Source: an uncultured Gammaproteobacteria bacterium (GTDB taxonomy: Bacteria > Pseudomonadota > Gammaproteobacteria > Magnimaribacterales > TMED112). From it: a stretch of DNA of 64,000 bases. Below, piece after piece: positions 19,752 through 30,415 of the stretch. The stretch lies in NCBI GenBank assembly GCA_964575305.1, contig CAZNPG010000004.1:5647-69646 (forward strand), in the 5' to 3' direction. Position numbers and translations under genes: made by a program. A model generated the notes under the pieces. It did not search any database and had not been told where the DNA came from. It was given only the letters and a program-made list of their open reading frames with translations. Each line of letters starts with the position of its first letter. Within the stretch, counting starts at the first letter, position 1.

Positions 19752-20689
19752 TACTTTCTATTTACTTTTTGGGTTTGTATGGAAAGTAGGTTCTTACTCT
19801 TAATCTGATTGAAACAATTCTTTTGCAATAAGCTAAGTTCATTAATTTTTCCTACCCATTTTTCTAATAAATGCTGGAATGATTTATCGTTCGTTTCTGC
19901 GATAGATTCATTTGGTAGCACTTCTGCAATGTTGCCACAATCTGTTGAAAGAACTGGAACTTTACAGTACAGCGCTTCGTATAAAACTTTTGGAGATCCT
20001 TCTCTATCAGATGAGATGATCAAGGCATGTGCTTTACTTAGCAATGACCCAACATCGTCAATCTCTGAATGAAGTTCGATAGTATTGCTTAAACCAAGCT
20101 GTTTTATTAAAACTATTAGATCTTTTTCTAATTGACCACTGCCTACCATTAATAATTTTCCATATTCAGGGTTCCAAGCTCTAATCAGTCTTTCAGGATT
20201 CTTCACTGGTTCAAACCTTCCTATATATAAAAAATATTCAGGGGGTTTTTGTTCAAAATTACTGAATCTACTTTCATCAACCCAATTTTCTAGTACCATA
20301 GATTTTTGTCGTGGTATTTGTTCTAACGATTTCTTACTAGCCCCAAAAATAAATTGTGTTTTTTTGAAAGCTGCTACATTTTTCTTCGTGCCATGAATGG
20401 TTGAGAAATGTAAATCAGCTTTAATAAAGTTCGTCATTTTTTGGCCATGGGTATGCACTACTTCAGGGTTAATTCTTGCCATAGCGTCACGTAATTCAAG
20501 CCACAGTAGTGGAGAATAACGCCATTGATTTGTATTAATTGTCGTGTAGTCAGCTCTAAATTTATGTTTAAATCTTTCTGGACCAATCACCACAACCTCA
20601 TGATTTTTAGACTGTTCAAATGATAGTTCCTCAATATGCCTTTCAAGGCCGGCAAAGACTTTGCTTGAAAATAAATGAAGAATTTTCAT
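19721..20689 (-). CDS. GT4-like glycosyltransferase
   Basis: AGLERH, IGRFEPVKN, SSDREGSPKVLYEA. Confidence 0.85.
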   Translation of the reverse strand: MKILHLFSSKVFAGLERHIEELSFEQSKNHEVVVIGPERFKHKFRADYTTINTNQWRYSPLLWLELRDAMARINPEVVHTHGQKMTNFIKADLHFSTIHGTKKNVAAFKKTQFIFGASKKSLEQIPRQKSMVLENWVDESRFSNFEQKPPEYFLYIGRFEPVKNPERLIRAWNPEYGKLLMVGSGQLEKDLIVLIKQLGLSNTIELHSEIDDVGSLLSKAHALIISSDREGSPKVLYEALYCKVPVLSTDCGNIAEVLPNESIAETNDKSFQHLLEKWVGKINELSLLQKNCFNQIKSKNLLSIQTQKVNRKYQEFLSIASK

Positions 20690-21606
20690 AATATTTCAAA
20701 TAGTTTTTCAACTACTCTTTTTGTCTCTCTAAGTGGTTTACTAATTTTTGGATGTTTTAGATCTGCTGATTTTATTGATCTAGACAGCATGTATCTTTTT
20801 GAATCGATATAACCTATTTGTCCTTGCAATTTTAATTTATCAATATTTTTCGTAACTTTAGTTTTTTTTTCGCTTCCATATTGGTCAGCCGTATGATGTT
20901 CATGATGAAAAACATAAACTTTTGTATTTGTAGAAAGCCCTTCATACAAAACCGATACACTCTCAGGTGTTAAAAAAGTGACCTCACTTTGTTTTATTTC
21001 TTCTGTAAGCCAATCTTCTTCAGTATCCTTCCAGCTAAAGAATTCAGCATTTCCAGAGTGCTTAGGAATATCTAAATTTGGTGATCTCGGAGAAGTGGTT
21101 ATTTTCCACTGATAATCTTTAAACTGATCATTTAGAAGCCATTCAATTTGTTGATTAACAACTTTTTTTCGAAAATGGTAATGCCTGCTTTTGCCTCCAA
21201 TAATAATTAAACCTGTTTTTGGTTTTATTTCTGAGTCAGAGTATTTAGATAAAACCCCTTTAGTTGTTATGACGTTTTTAGGTTTTCCTAAATAATATCT
21301 ATCCATGTCTGGAACAATAGCTATGTCAAACCATTGAGTAGGGCGCAAAGAAGGCTTCATTAAAACAATAGTTTTGGCTGTTGGGTGTTCTTTTTTCGCT
21401 GTAAGCATATGTTTATGGGTATTATTTCCCGCACCAATAATTACATCTGGTACAGAATTATGTTTCTCCCAGGTATTGAATTCAAAGAGAGAAATTTTTT
21501 TAAATAAGGTAAATTCTGAAATTAGAGCTTCAAGTTGCTTTTCATGTCCTTTTTTTCCATCTTTAAAGGCCCAAATAGTAATTTCTTCTTTTTGTTTAAG
21601 AGACAT
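20686..21606 (-). CDS. ELM1/GtrOC1 family putative glycosyltransferase
   Basis: DGKKGHEKQ, IIGAG, IIIGGKSRHY, TTSPRSP, TPESVSVLYEGLST. Confidence 0.75.
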   Translation of the reverse strand: MSLKQKEEITIWAFKDGKKGHEKQLEALISEFTLFKKISLFEFNTWEKHNSVPDVIIGAGNNTHKHMLTAKKEHPTAKTIVLMKPSLRPTQWFDIAIVPDMDRYYLGKPKNVITTKGVLSKYSDSEIKPKTGLIIIGGKSRHYHFRKKVVNQQIEWLLNDQFKDYQWKITTSPRSPNLDIPKHSGNAEFFSWKDTEEDWLTEEIKQSEVTFLTPESVSVLYEGLSTNTKVYVFHHEHHTADQYGSEKKTKVTKNIDKLKLQGQIGYIDSKRYMLSRSIKSADLKHPKISKPLRETKRVVEKLFEIL

Positions 21607-21624
21607 AGATTAAAATAATGCTAT

Positions 21625-22398
21625 ATGAATAAAAATAATCAATATAAATCTATTTTTCTTTCAGATATTCATTTGGGATTTAATGGTTGTCAAAATGAAA
21701 AATTAGAACACTTTCTCAAATCTGTAAGTTGTGAAAATTTATACTTAGTGGGAGATATTATTGATTTTTGGTCGATGGAAGATAAATTCTATTGGCCCGA
21801 AGGACATCAAAGAGCATTAAGCATATTTGATGAAATGTTCAAAAATGGTACTAATATTTTTTACATATCTGGCAACCATGATGACCCATTAAGAGATCAA
21901 GGTCTTAAAGAAAATTTAAAATTAAAGAATGATGATTATGCTCAAATCATGAATGTTTTATCCAATTTTAATCATGAAGAGAAACATGAATTTGTGTCCA
22001 TCAAGCATGGAAAAATTATTGTCTTACATGGCGATCAGTATGATGCAGTTACTTCTAATGCAAAATGGCTATCCAAATTTGGAGGTATGCTTTATGACGC
22101 ACTTATATTCATCAATAGGCCTTTATCAAAATATCTTAAAAACCTAACAAAAAAAATTGTTTCAAAAGCTAGTGGGTTCCAAGATTTGGTGAAGAAAGAA
22201 TGTCAAAAAGGCAATTATTCAGGTCTAATTTGTGGCCATAACCATAGACCTGAAATATTGAAATTTAAGACACATTTTTATTTGAACACGGGTGATTGGG
22301 TTGAATCTTGTTCTGCTATAGTGGAAGAAAATGATGGAACAATAAAATTATTAAAGATTGAAGAAGACCTTAAAATAAATACAATTTCAGAATTATGA
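21625..22398 (+). CDS. plcP: PlcP-like metallophosphoesterase (LpxH-like family phospholipase C)
   Basis: SDIHLG, LYLVGDIID, GNHD, HGDQYD, CGHNH, NTGDWVESCSAIVE; coupled to a GT4 gene. Confidence 0.75.
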   Translation: MNKNNQYKSIFLSDIHLGFNGCQNEKLEHFLKSVSCENLYLVGDIIDFWSMEDKFYWPEGHQRALSIFDEMFKNGTNIFYISGNHDDPLRDQGLKENLKLKNDDYAQIMNVLSNFNHEEKHEFVSIKHGKIIVLHGDQYDAVTSNAKWLSKFGGMLYDALIFINRPLSKYLKNLTKKIVSKASGFQDLVKKECQKGNYSGLICGHNHRPEILKFKTHFYLNTGDWVESCSAIVEENDGTIKLLKIEEDLKINTISEL

Positions 22399-23387
22399 AC
22401 AAAATATTAATAATTACAGATGCATGGGAACCTCAAGTTAATGGTGTAGTTACTACTATGACCACAGTTGTTAAAAAACTTAGGGAAAAAGGGTTTGAAG
22501 TTGATGTAATACATCCAGGAAATTTTCATACATTTCCATTGCCAAATTATCCTGAGATTTCTGTAGCTTGGAATTTCTGGGATTTAAAGAAAAAAATTAA
22601 AAAATCTAATCCTGACTATGTGCATGTCTCTGTTGAGGGCCCATTAGGTGTCACTGGTAGACATTACTGTATAGAGCACAATATTCCTTACACAACATGT
22701 ATTCACACCAAATTTCCAGAATATGTTTATGAGAGATTTGGTATTGGACTTGACGTTACAAAAGGTTTGCTCAAATGGTTCCACAATTCAGCCGCAAAAA
22801 CTCTTGTAAATACAGAAAGCCATAAAGCAGAGTTAGAGGAAGATGGATTTACAGACTTGGTACTTTGGTCAAGAGGATTTGATAGTGAAATTTTTTATCC
22901 TAGTCCAGATGAAGCCAAACAAAAATACCTTCTTTATGTTGGAAGAGTTGCTGTAGAAAAAAATATAGAAGAATTTTTAAAAATGGAATCAGATCTACCT
23001 AAAGTCGTTGTTGGTGGTGGGCCAAGTTTAAAATCGTATGCAAAAAGATATCCTGATGTCGATTTTGTCGGTTTTAAAAAAGGAAAAGAGTTAGCTGATT
23101 ATTATAGAGATGCGGCATGTTTTGTTTTCCCATCAATGACAGATACTTTTGGAATTGTCTTAATAGAAGCTCTTGCTTGCGGTACACCAATAGCTGGATT
23201 CAATGTTACAGGTCCAAAAGATATTGTAATAGAAGGCATAAATGGATCATTAGATGATGAAGATTTGCAAAAAGCTGTAAATAGAGCATTACAAGTTAGT
23301 AGAGATACAACTTATGATTCATCAAAAACCTATACTTGGGATACAGTAGCAGATCAATTCATTAGTTCCTTGGTCCCTATAAAGTAA
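22395..23387 (+). CDS. agt: Agt-like GT4 glycolipid glycosyltransferase
   Basis: ITDAWEPQVNGVVTT, HTKFPEY, VGRVAVEKN, FPSMTDTFGIVLIEALACG. Confidence 0.7.
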   Translation: MNKILIITDAWEPQVNGVVTTMTTVVKKLREKGFEVDVIHPGNFHTFPLPNYPEISVAWNFWDLKKKIKKSNPDYVHVSVEGPLGVTGRHYCIEHNIPYTTCIHTKFPEYVYERFGIGLDVTKGLLKWFHNSAAKTLVNTESHKAELEEDGFTDLVLWSRGFDSEIFYPSPDEAKQKYLLYVGRVAVEKNIEEFLKMESDLPKVVVGGGPSLKSYAKRYPDVDFVGFKKGKELADYYRDAACFVFPSMTDTFGIVLIEALACGTPIAGFNVTGPKDIVIEGINGSLDDEDLQKAVNRALQVSRDTTYDSSKTYTWDTVADQFISSLVPIK

Positions 23388-24127
23388 TGTTTTTATTTTT
23401 ACCAATTTCAGACGAAAATCCGGCATCACAGAAACCTTTACTTACTTGGTCACTGATAGCATTAAATTTTTTAGTATTTTTCTATCAACTGTCTTTATCT
23501 GGCAGTGCCAATCAAATGCTAATAAATGAATTTGGTGTTAAGCCTAGTGTATTTTTCGAGATGCGTGATTTCCACACAATTATAACTTCAGCTTTCATGC
23601 ATGCTGGGTGGATGCATCTCCTTTCAAACATGCTTTTTTTATATATCTATGGAGATAATATTGAATCCTATCTAGGTAGAATAAATTTTTTAATTTTCTA
23701 TATTCTCGGTGGAGTATCAGCTGCCTTGCTGCAAGCTTTTTTTTCTGGTGGTGTAGATGTTCCGATGATAGGAGCAAGTGGTTGTATAGCAGCAATTATG
23801 GGGGCTTATTATGTTCTCTACCCTAAAGCAAAAATAAATGTATTTCTTTGGTTCTTTATATTTATACAGTTCATTAAAGTTCCAGCAAATATTGTTTTGT
23901 TAATGTGGATTATTGGGCAATTTATTTCTGCTGCAGGCGGCTCATACTCAGGTGTTGCATACTTTGCACATATTGGAGGCTTTTTATTTGGGTACTTAGC
24001 AATTCAGTATTTCTTTAAGGAATATGTAAAAAAAGCAAGGGTTATTACAAATTATGAAGTTGTAGAAGATAATGATTTGCCAATTTCCAGGAAAAACAAA
24101 TCACAAGGATTAACCAAAGATGATTGA
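23387..24127 (+). CDS. Rhomboid intramembrane serine protease
   Basis: FMHAGWMHLLSNM, GASG, AHIGG. Confidence 0.92.
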   Translation: MFLFLPISDENPASQKPLLTWSLIALNFLVFFYQLSLSGSANQMLINEFGVKPSVFFEMRDFHTIITSAFMHAGWMHLLSNMLFLYIYGDNIESYLGRINFLIFYILGGVSAALLQAFFSGGVDVPMIGASGCIAAIMGAYYVLYPKAKINVFLWFFIFIQFIKVPANIVLLMWIIGQFISAAGGSYSGVAYFAHIGGFLFGYLAIQYFFKEYVKKARVITNYEVVEDNDLPISRKNKSQGLTKDD

Positions 24128-24413
24128 TGAAATAAAAGATAAATTAACAAGCCAAATCAATAGTAAGTATTTAGATATTATTGATGAAAGCCCAAAGCAT
24201 GGAGGCTATACAGGTGCAGTTTCACATATAAAAATAATTATTGTATCTAATCAATTTGATGGATTGAGCTTAATTAAGAGACACCAACTTGTTTATAAAG
24301 CACTAGGACCTTATGTGCAAAAAATTCATGCAATCTCTATAGTCTCCAAGACACCAGAGCAATGGAAAGAATCCAGTGAATTTATAGCTTCACCAGACTG
24401 TGCGAAAAATTAA
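24120..24413 (+). CDS. bolA: BolA family protein
   Basis: DESPKH, SHIKIIIVS, RHQLVY, IHAISI. Confidence 0.88.
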   Translation: MIDEIKDKLTSQINSKYLDIIDESPKHGGYTGAVSHIKIIIVSNQFDGLSLIKRHQLVYKALGPYVQKIHAISIVSKTPEQWKESSEFIASPDCAKN

Positions 24414-26674
24414 TGAACAAATTCTTTCAAAGCATCGTAAAAAATAACAAACTGACACTTCTATTACTTGCTGCTTTTATAGTAATTAGTTCTCTAAGTT
24501 TAGATAAATTTAGATTTGATGCTTCATCAGACACTCTAGTGCTAGACACTGATCCAAGCTATGAGTTATATGAAGATATAAATGACAGATTCTCATCAAC
24601 AGAATTTCTAGTCATAGCTTTAGAGGGTGACAATATTTTTTCCGATGAAAGTCTTAAGCAATTACAAATATTGGAATATAAGTTAGAGGAAATAGTTGGT
24701 GTAAGCAACGTTATATCAATACTGGATGCTCCACTTTTTGAACAACCAAAGCTATCTCTCGTAAAATCTGCAACCAACGATAAATATCTTCTTCAAGATG
24801 ATTTAGATTTACAAGATGTAAGAAGAGAGCTTATAGAAAGTCCATTATTCAATGAATTAATTATTAACTCATCAGGTAGAGCCATAGCGATGCAGTTAAA
24901 TTTAGTTGATCTTGATGACTACAGCAAGACAGTAAAAGAGATAAGAAATGTTTTAGAAAAAAATAACTTTTTTTCTCATTCATATTTAGCTGGGCCGGCA
25001 ATGATTGTGTCTGACACAATATCATTCATAAAAAAAGATGTTCAAAACTTTGGACTAATTACATTCCTTATTTTTTTTATTCTTCTTTTAATATTCTTTA
25101 AAGATTTTTGGTCAGCAACAATAATCATGACAAACGCTACAATTGTTATCTTTCTAACAGTATGTTTTTTAGGTTTTTATGATTGGCCAATAAGTATTGT
25201 TTCATCAAATTTCCTTACCTTATTATTTATTTCCTCAATAGCCGTGTCAGTGCATATTCTTGTTAAATTGCATGAGGGTCAGAAAGAAAATATTCCTTAT
25301 GAACATTCTCTGGCTAAGATTTTTATACCTTGTTTGTATGCTGCCTTAACAACAATGGTTGGTTTTCTTTCTTTATTGCTAAGCAATATTCAGCCTGTAA
25401 TTGATTTTGGCAAAATGATGGCCTTGGGTGTGATAATAAACCTATTTATTTCCTTTCTTTTTATTCCAGCCTTAATAGGTGTAAAGAGATTGAATGAAAC
25501 AAGCCAGCTTTCTATTGCCGATATATATTACAGATACTTGTACGTAGACTTTGTTCATATTTTTAGAAAGGTCTTATTGCCTTTAGTCCTAATTGGTGTC
25601 CCGTTCTTTATTTACCAAGCTTCTAACCTTAAAGTCGAGAATAAATTCATTGATTATTTTGATGAATCCACTGAAATACATAGAGGTATGAATTTTATTG
25701 ATCAACAGCTAGGCGGAACGACACCATTAGATATTATTCTTACATTGCCTGAAGAAGAAACCTTCATAGATGAAGATGATCTTTTCTTTAGTGAAGGATC
25801 AGAAACAAGTGAGTATTGGTGGCGACAAAAGAACATGAAAATATTAAAAGATATTCAAAGTTATTTAGATAATTTACCAGAAATAGGCAAAGCTTTAAGT
25901 ATTGTAAATGGAGTGTTATTGGCTGAAAAATTAAATAATTTTAATGAAATGGGAGATCTAGAATTAGCCTTTGTAAAAAATTCCTTACTCACCAATGACA
26001 AAGCAAAAGATCTTCTAGGTAGTTATATAACCAAAGACAATAAAGAAGCAAGAATTACCTTAAGAATAATAGATACATACGATCAATTAAATAGAAATAA
26101 ACTCATTAACTCTATAGATGATTATTTAGCTAATAAGCTTAATGATACAAATATTGGCTATCAGATTAGTGGGTTGGGTGTTCTTTATAATAATTTATTG
26201 CAAAGTTTATTTAGTTCGCAAATTAAAACCTTATCATTTGTTTTTATTTCTATTTTCTTAATGCTATTAGTGCTATTTAGATCATTCTTTACAGCATCAG
26301 TTGTAATTTTTATTCCTTGCATCGCAGTAGGGATGATATTCACAACAATGAGTTTGTTTTCAATCCCCCTTGATATTATGACAATAACCATTGCCTCCAT
26401 TTCAGTGGGAATGTCAGTAGACTATGCGATACATATTGCCTGGAGATTAAAAGAAGAACAAAAGAACTCAACTGAAACTGCTGAAAAAAATACTATCTAT
26501 AGCTCAGGCCAAGCAGTTTTAATTACAGCTCTGACGATCGTGATTGGATTTTTAGTTTTTAGTTTTTCTAATTTCAATCCAACGATTCTATTTGGACTAT
26601 TATCTGCACTATCTATATATCTCAGTGCCGAATTATCTTTGAGGTTAATACCTTCTATCTTAAATACGAAATAA
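24413..26674 (+). CDS. MMPL/RND family transporter
   Basis: Two TM-loop-TM repeats; LTTMVGF, GMSVDYAIH. Confidence 0.85.
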   Translation: MNKFFQSIVKNNKLTLLLLAAFIVISSLSLDKFRFDASSDTLVLDTDPSYELYEDINDRFSSTEFLVIALEGDNIFSDESLKQLQILEYKLEEIVGVSNVISILDAPLFEQPKLSLVKSATNDKYLLQDDLDLQDVRRELIESPLFNELIINSSGRAIAMQLNLVDLDDYSKTVKEIRNVLEKNNFFSHSYLAGPAMIVSDTISFIKKDVQNFGLITFLIFFILLLIFFKDFWSATIIMTNATIVIFLTVCFLGFYDWPISIVSSNFLTLLFISSIAVSVHILVKLHEGQKENIPYEHSLAKIFIPCLYAALTTMVGFLSLLLSNIQPVIDFGKMMALGVIINLFISFLFIPALIGVKRLNETSQLSIADIYYRYLYVDFVHIFRKVLLPLVLIGVPFFIYQASNLKVENKFIDYFDESTEIHRGMNFIDQQLGGTTPLDIILTLPEEETFIDEDDLFFSEGSETSEYWWRQKNMKILKDIQSYLDNLPEIGKALSIVNGVLLAEKLNNFNEMGDLELAFVKNSLLTNDKAKDLLGSYITKDNKEARITLRIIDTYDQLNRNKLINSIDDYLANKLNDTNIGYQISGLGVLYNNLLQSLFSSQIKTLSFVFISIFLMLLVLFRSFFTASVVIFIPCIAVGMIFTTMSLFSIPLDIMTITIASISVGMSVDYAIHIAWRLKEEQKNSTETAEKNTIYSSGQAVLITALTIVIGFLVFSFSNFNPTILFGLLSALSIYLSAELSLRLIPSILNTK

Positions 26675-27451
26675 CCTATTGAAGTTCTTGGTTGTTTCAT
26701 CTGCAAGCAAGCCTTCATCAATATTCAATAACTCGCTTATATTGCGAGCAATATGTTTTAGAAATAATGGTTCATTCCTATTATTACGTGGTTTATTTCC
26801 CATATTTTTTGGAACCAAGTAAGGTGCATCTGTCTCAATTAATAATCTGTCTAAAGGGATGTATTTAATTATGTCTCTTAAGTTTGCTCCACGTTTTGGA
26901 TCACAAACCCACCCTGTAATACCTATGCATAATCCAAGATCTAAAAATTTCTTTAGTTCAGATTTTGTGCCTGTAAAGCAATGCACAATACTCTCAGGAA
27001 CATGGTCAATATAATTTTTTATCATTGGGTAAAAATCATCAAATGCCTCTCTATGGTGTAAAAATACCGGGTATTGATTTGTGCTAGCTAACTCTAGAAA
27101 AGCATTAAAGCATTTTCTTTGGATTTCAGGACTTTGAAAATTTCGGTAATAATCCAATCCAATTTCGCCAACAGCTTTTACATGCTGATTATCTAAATAC
27201 TTTTCCAAATTCTCGATAGTGTTAGGTTTTAAATCTGATGCATAATGAGGATGGATGCCAACAGAACAGAAAATATTATTTTGATAACTTTCTGATAATT
27301 CAATTAAATCTTCGATTTCTTTTTCTTTCGAAGCTGGGCAGAAAAAATATTCAACCCCTTCATTATTTGCTGCTTTCAGAACTTCACCAAGATCGTTTTT
27401 AAAACTTTCATGATTAATATTGAAACAAGAATCTGCTAGTAACATTTGCAT
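26660..27451 (-). CDS. tatD: TatD family nuclease (start may be 27445)
   Basis: VGIHPH, AVGEIGLDY, LHHRE, VHCFTG, ETDAPY. Confidence 0.92.
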   Translation of the reverse strand: MQMLLADSCFNINHESFKNDLGEVLKAANNEGVEYFFCPASKEKEIEDLIELSESYQNNIFCSVGIHPHYASDLKPNTIENLEKYLDNQHVKAVGEIGLDYYRNFQSPEIQRKCFNAFLELASTNQYPVFLHHREAFDDFYPMIKNYIDHVPESIVHCFTGTKSELKKFLDLGLCIGITGWVCDPKRGANLRDIIKYIPLDRLLIETDAPYLVPKNMGNKPRNNRNEPLFLKHIARNISELLNIDEGLLADETTKNFNRLFRI

Positions 27452-27480
27452 TTATTTTGGTAAACTCTAATCTAGTCTAA

Positions 27481-28323
27481 ATGAGATTCCAAGGTACAAA
27501 AAGTTATATTGCTACAGATGATTTAAAACTTGCAGTAGATGCAGCTTTAAGTCTTGAAAAACCTTTGCTTGTAAAAGGTGAACCAGGCACGGGAAAAACA
27601 ATGCTTGCCTTAGAAGTTGCTGAGTCACTAGGCATGAGGTTAATTGAGTGGCATATCAAGTCAACAACCAAAGCTTCACAAGGTCTATATGAGTACGACG
27701 CTGTTTCAAGGTTGAGAGATTCTCAACTAGGCAACGAGAAAGTTGAAGATATTGCCAATTACATTAACAAAGGAAAATTATGGGACGCTTTCACAGCGGA
27801 TGAGCAAGTAGTTCTGCTCGTTGATGAAATTGATAAAGCCGATATTGAGTTTCCTAATGACTTGTTACAAGAACTAGATAGGATGGAATTTTATTGCTAT
27901 GAATTAGACCAAACAATTAAAGCAAAAAATAGACCTCTAGTAATCATTACGTCTAATAATGAAAAAGACTTACCAGATGCATTTCTCAGAAGGTGTTTCT
28001 TTCATCACATAGCTTTTCCAGAAAGAGATGTTCTAGAAAAAATCATCTCTGTTCATATTCCAAAAATTAAAAAGAAACTCCTTAAAGAAGCTATGGATGT
28101 TTTTTTTGATATAAGAAAAGTTCCAGGCATGAAAAAGAAACCTTCTACAAGCGAACTTATAGATTGGTTAAAATTAATTGTATCTGATGATATTGCCCAA
28201 GAAGTAATAGCATCTAAAAATAAAAATTTAGTTCCACCTCTTTATGGAGCACTTCTAAAGAATGAGCAAGACGTTGAACTTTTACAACGATTAGCTTTCA
28301 TGACAAGAAGAGAGTCTGATTAA
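27481..28323 (+). CDS. MoxR-type AAA ATPase
   Basis: GEPGTGKT, LLVDEIDKAD, LPDAFLRRC. Confidence 0.92.
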   Translation: MRFQGTKSYIATDDLKLAVDAALSLEKPLLVKGEPGTGKTMLALEVAESLGMRLIEWHIKSTTKASQGLYEYDAVSRLRDSQLGNEKVEDIANYINKGKLWDAFTADEQVVLLVDEIDKADIEFPNDLLQELDRMEFYCYELDQTIKAKNRPLVIITSNNEKDLPDAFLRRCFFHHIAFPERDVLEKIISVHIPKIKKKLLKEAMDVFFDIRKVPGMKKKPSTSELIDWLKLIVSDDIAQEVIASKNKNLVPPLYGALLKNEQDVELLQRLAFMTRRESD

Positions 28324-29504
28324 TGCTAATAAATCTTTTTAACACACTTAGATCATATGGTGTGCCTGTAAGTCTTAAAGAATTTCTTGATCTACTAAAA
28401 GGCCTTGAAAAACAAATAGTTTTTGCAAATTGGGATGATTTCTATTTTCTTGCCAGAACTGTATTAGTTAAAGATGAAAAATATTTTGACAAATTTGATA
28501 GAGCATTTGATGTCTACTTCAGAGGGATAAAAAATATGGATGATGTTCTTAAAATGATGATTCCTGAAGACTGGATTAGAAAAGAATTTGAGAAAAATCT
28601 TACCCCAGAGGAATTAAGCAAGATTAAAGATCTTGGTGGCTTAGAAAAATTAATGGCTGAATTTAAGAAAAGATTAGAAGAGCAAGAAAAAGAACATCAT
28701 GGTGGGAATAAATGGATAGGTACTGCTGGCACTTCACCTTTCGGAAATTCTGGTAATCATCCAAATGGTATTAGGGTTGGTGGCAAAGCTAACAAAGGAA
28801 TGGCTGCCAAAGTTTGGGAAGAACGAAAATATGAAAATCTTGATGATTCTCTTCAGCTAGGTACGAGAAACATAAAGATAGCTTTGAGAAAATTAAGGAA
28901 AATGGCCAGAAAAGGGGAGAACTTTGAATTTAATCTCGAAAATACAATTAAAAGCACTGCAAAGAATGCTGGTTATTTAGAGCTTGAATATGTAAGAGAG
29001 AAGCTTAATGACATAAACCTTATAGTTTTCTTTGATGTTGGAGGCTCAATGGACCCTTTTGTAAAGATGTGTGAAGAATTATTTTCTGCTGCTAAGTCTG
29101 AATTTAAAAATTTAGAATATTATTATTTTCACAACTGCATTTATGAGTCAGTTTGGACAGATAATTTCAGAAGAAATGAGAATAGAATTTTAACCAAAAG
29201 CATTATCAATAAATTTTCACCTAATCACAAAATTTTAATTATAGGTGACGCTAGCATGGCTCCGTATGAATTAACTAATGCTGGTGGCAGCATTGAGCAT
29301 TGGAATAAAGAGTCAGGTGAGTATTGGCTTCAAAAAATTCAATCATATTTCAATAAGACTGTTTGGCTGAACCCCGTTCATGAAGATCACTGGGATTATA
29401 CGTCGACAATAAAAATGATTAACCTCTTGATGGAAGAAAAAATGTACCCACTAACTATTAGCGGTATATCTGGTGCTGTAAGCCACTTATCGAAAAGACA
29501 ATAA
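28323..29504 (+). CDS. VWA-domain partner of MoxR (CoxE-like)
   Basis: GTAGTSPFG, DVGGSMD MIDAS, FHNC, GDASM. Confidence 0.85.
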   Translation: MLINLFNTLRSYGVPVSLKEFLDLLKGLEKQIVFANWDDFYFLARTVLVKDEKYFDKFDRAFDVYFRGIKNMDDVLKMMIPEDWIRKEFEKNLTPEELSKIKDLGGLEKLMAEFKKRLEEQEKEHHGGNKWIGTAGTSPFGNSGNHPNGIRVGGKANKGMAAKVWEERKYENLDDSLQLGTRNIKIALRKLRKMARKGENFEFNLENTIKSTAKNAGYLELEYVREKLNDINLIVFFDVGGSMDPFVKMCEELFSAAKSEFKNLEYYYFHNCIYESVWTDNFRRNENRILTKSIINKFSPNHKILIIGDASMAPYELTNAGGSIEHWNKESGEYWLQKIQSYFNKTVWLNPVHEDHWDYTSTIKMINLLMEEKMYPLTISGISGAVSHLSKRQ

Positions 29505-30415
29505 TGAAAGCTTTAGAAATAAAAAATCTTACAAAAATCTATGGTAATGATGTCCATGCTTTAAAAGGGATAGATTTAAATGTTGAAAGAGGTGATTTTT
29601 TTGCATTGCTTGGACCCAATGGCGCAGGAAAATCTACAACAATAGGGATTATTTCTTCATTAGTAACTAAGAACGAAGGATCTATTTCAATATGTGGGGT
29701 TGATATAGATGAAAATTTTCCACTTGCAAAATCAAAACTTGGAGTGGTAAACCAAGAATTCAATTTTTCTCAATTTGAGAAAGTTCAAGACGTCATAATG
29801 GGGCAGGCTGGTTATTATGGAGTAGATCCTAAAACCGCAGCTGAGAAAACAGAACATTATTTAAAAAAGCTAGGCATTTGGGATAAACGTGATGTTTTTA
29901 TAAGAGAGCTTTCTGGAGGTCAGAAACGTAGAGTAATGATTATAAAAGCATTAATTCATGAACCAGAGTTGCTTATTTTAGATGAGCCGACTGCAGGAGT
30001 TGATATTGAACTTCGAAGAGGGCTATGGGACTTTCTTATAGAAATAAACAACGCAGGCACAACAATTATTTTAACTACTCATTATTTAGAAGAGGCTGAA
30101 AATTTATGTCGAAACATAGCTATTATCGATAACGGCACAATCATAGAAAATACCAAAATGGATTCTTTGTTGCAGCAATTAGAGAATCAAATTTTTACTA
30201 TTGAAACGGATAATGACTTACCTAGTGATTTAAAGATAGAAGGTTTTAAAATAAATGTAGATGCAAGCAGAAAACTTTCTGTAGTAATACCTAAAGATGT
30301 TGCTTTAAATGAGCTATTTGCAAATGAGACATTTAGAGAACTCAAAATTAACAACATTAAGAACCAAACTAATAGACTTGAAGAGCTATTTATTAATTTA
30401 ACAACTAAAAAATGA
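29504..30415 (+). CDS. ABC transporter ATP-binding protein (YadG-like)
   Basis: GPNGAGKS, LSGGQ, LILDEP. Confidence 0.92.
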   Translation: MKALEIKNLTKIYGNDVHALKGIDLNVERGDFFALLGPNGAGKSTTIGIISSLVTKNEGSISICGVDIDENFPLAKSKLGVVNQEFNFSQFEKVQDVIMGQAGYYGVDPKTAAEKTEHYLKKLGIWDKRDVFIRELSGGQKRRVMIIKALIHEPELLILDEPTAGVDIELRRGLWDFLIEINNAGTTIILTTHYLEEAENLCRNIAIIDNGTIIENTKMDSLLQQLENQIFTIETDNDLPSDLKIEGFKINVDASRKLSVVIPKDVALNELFANETFRELKINNIKNQTNRLEELFINLTTKK

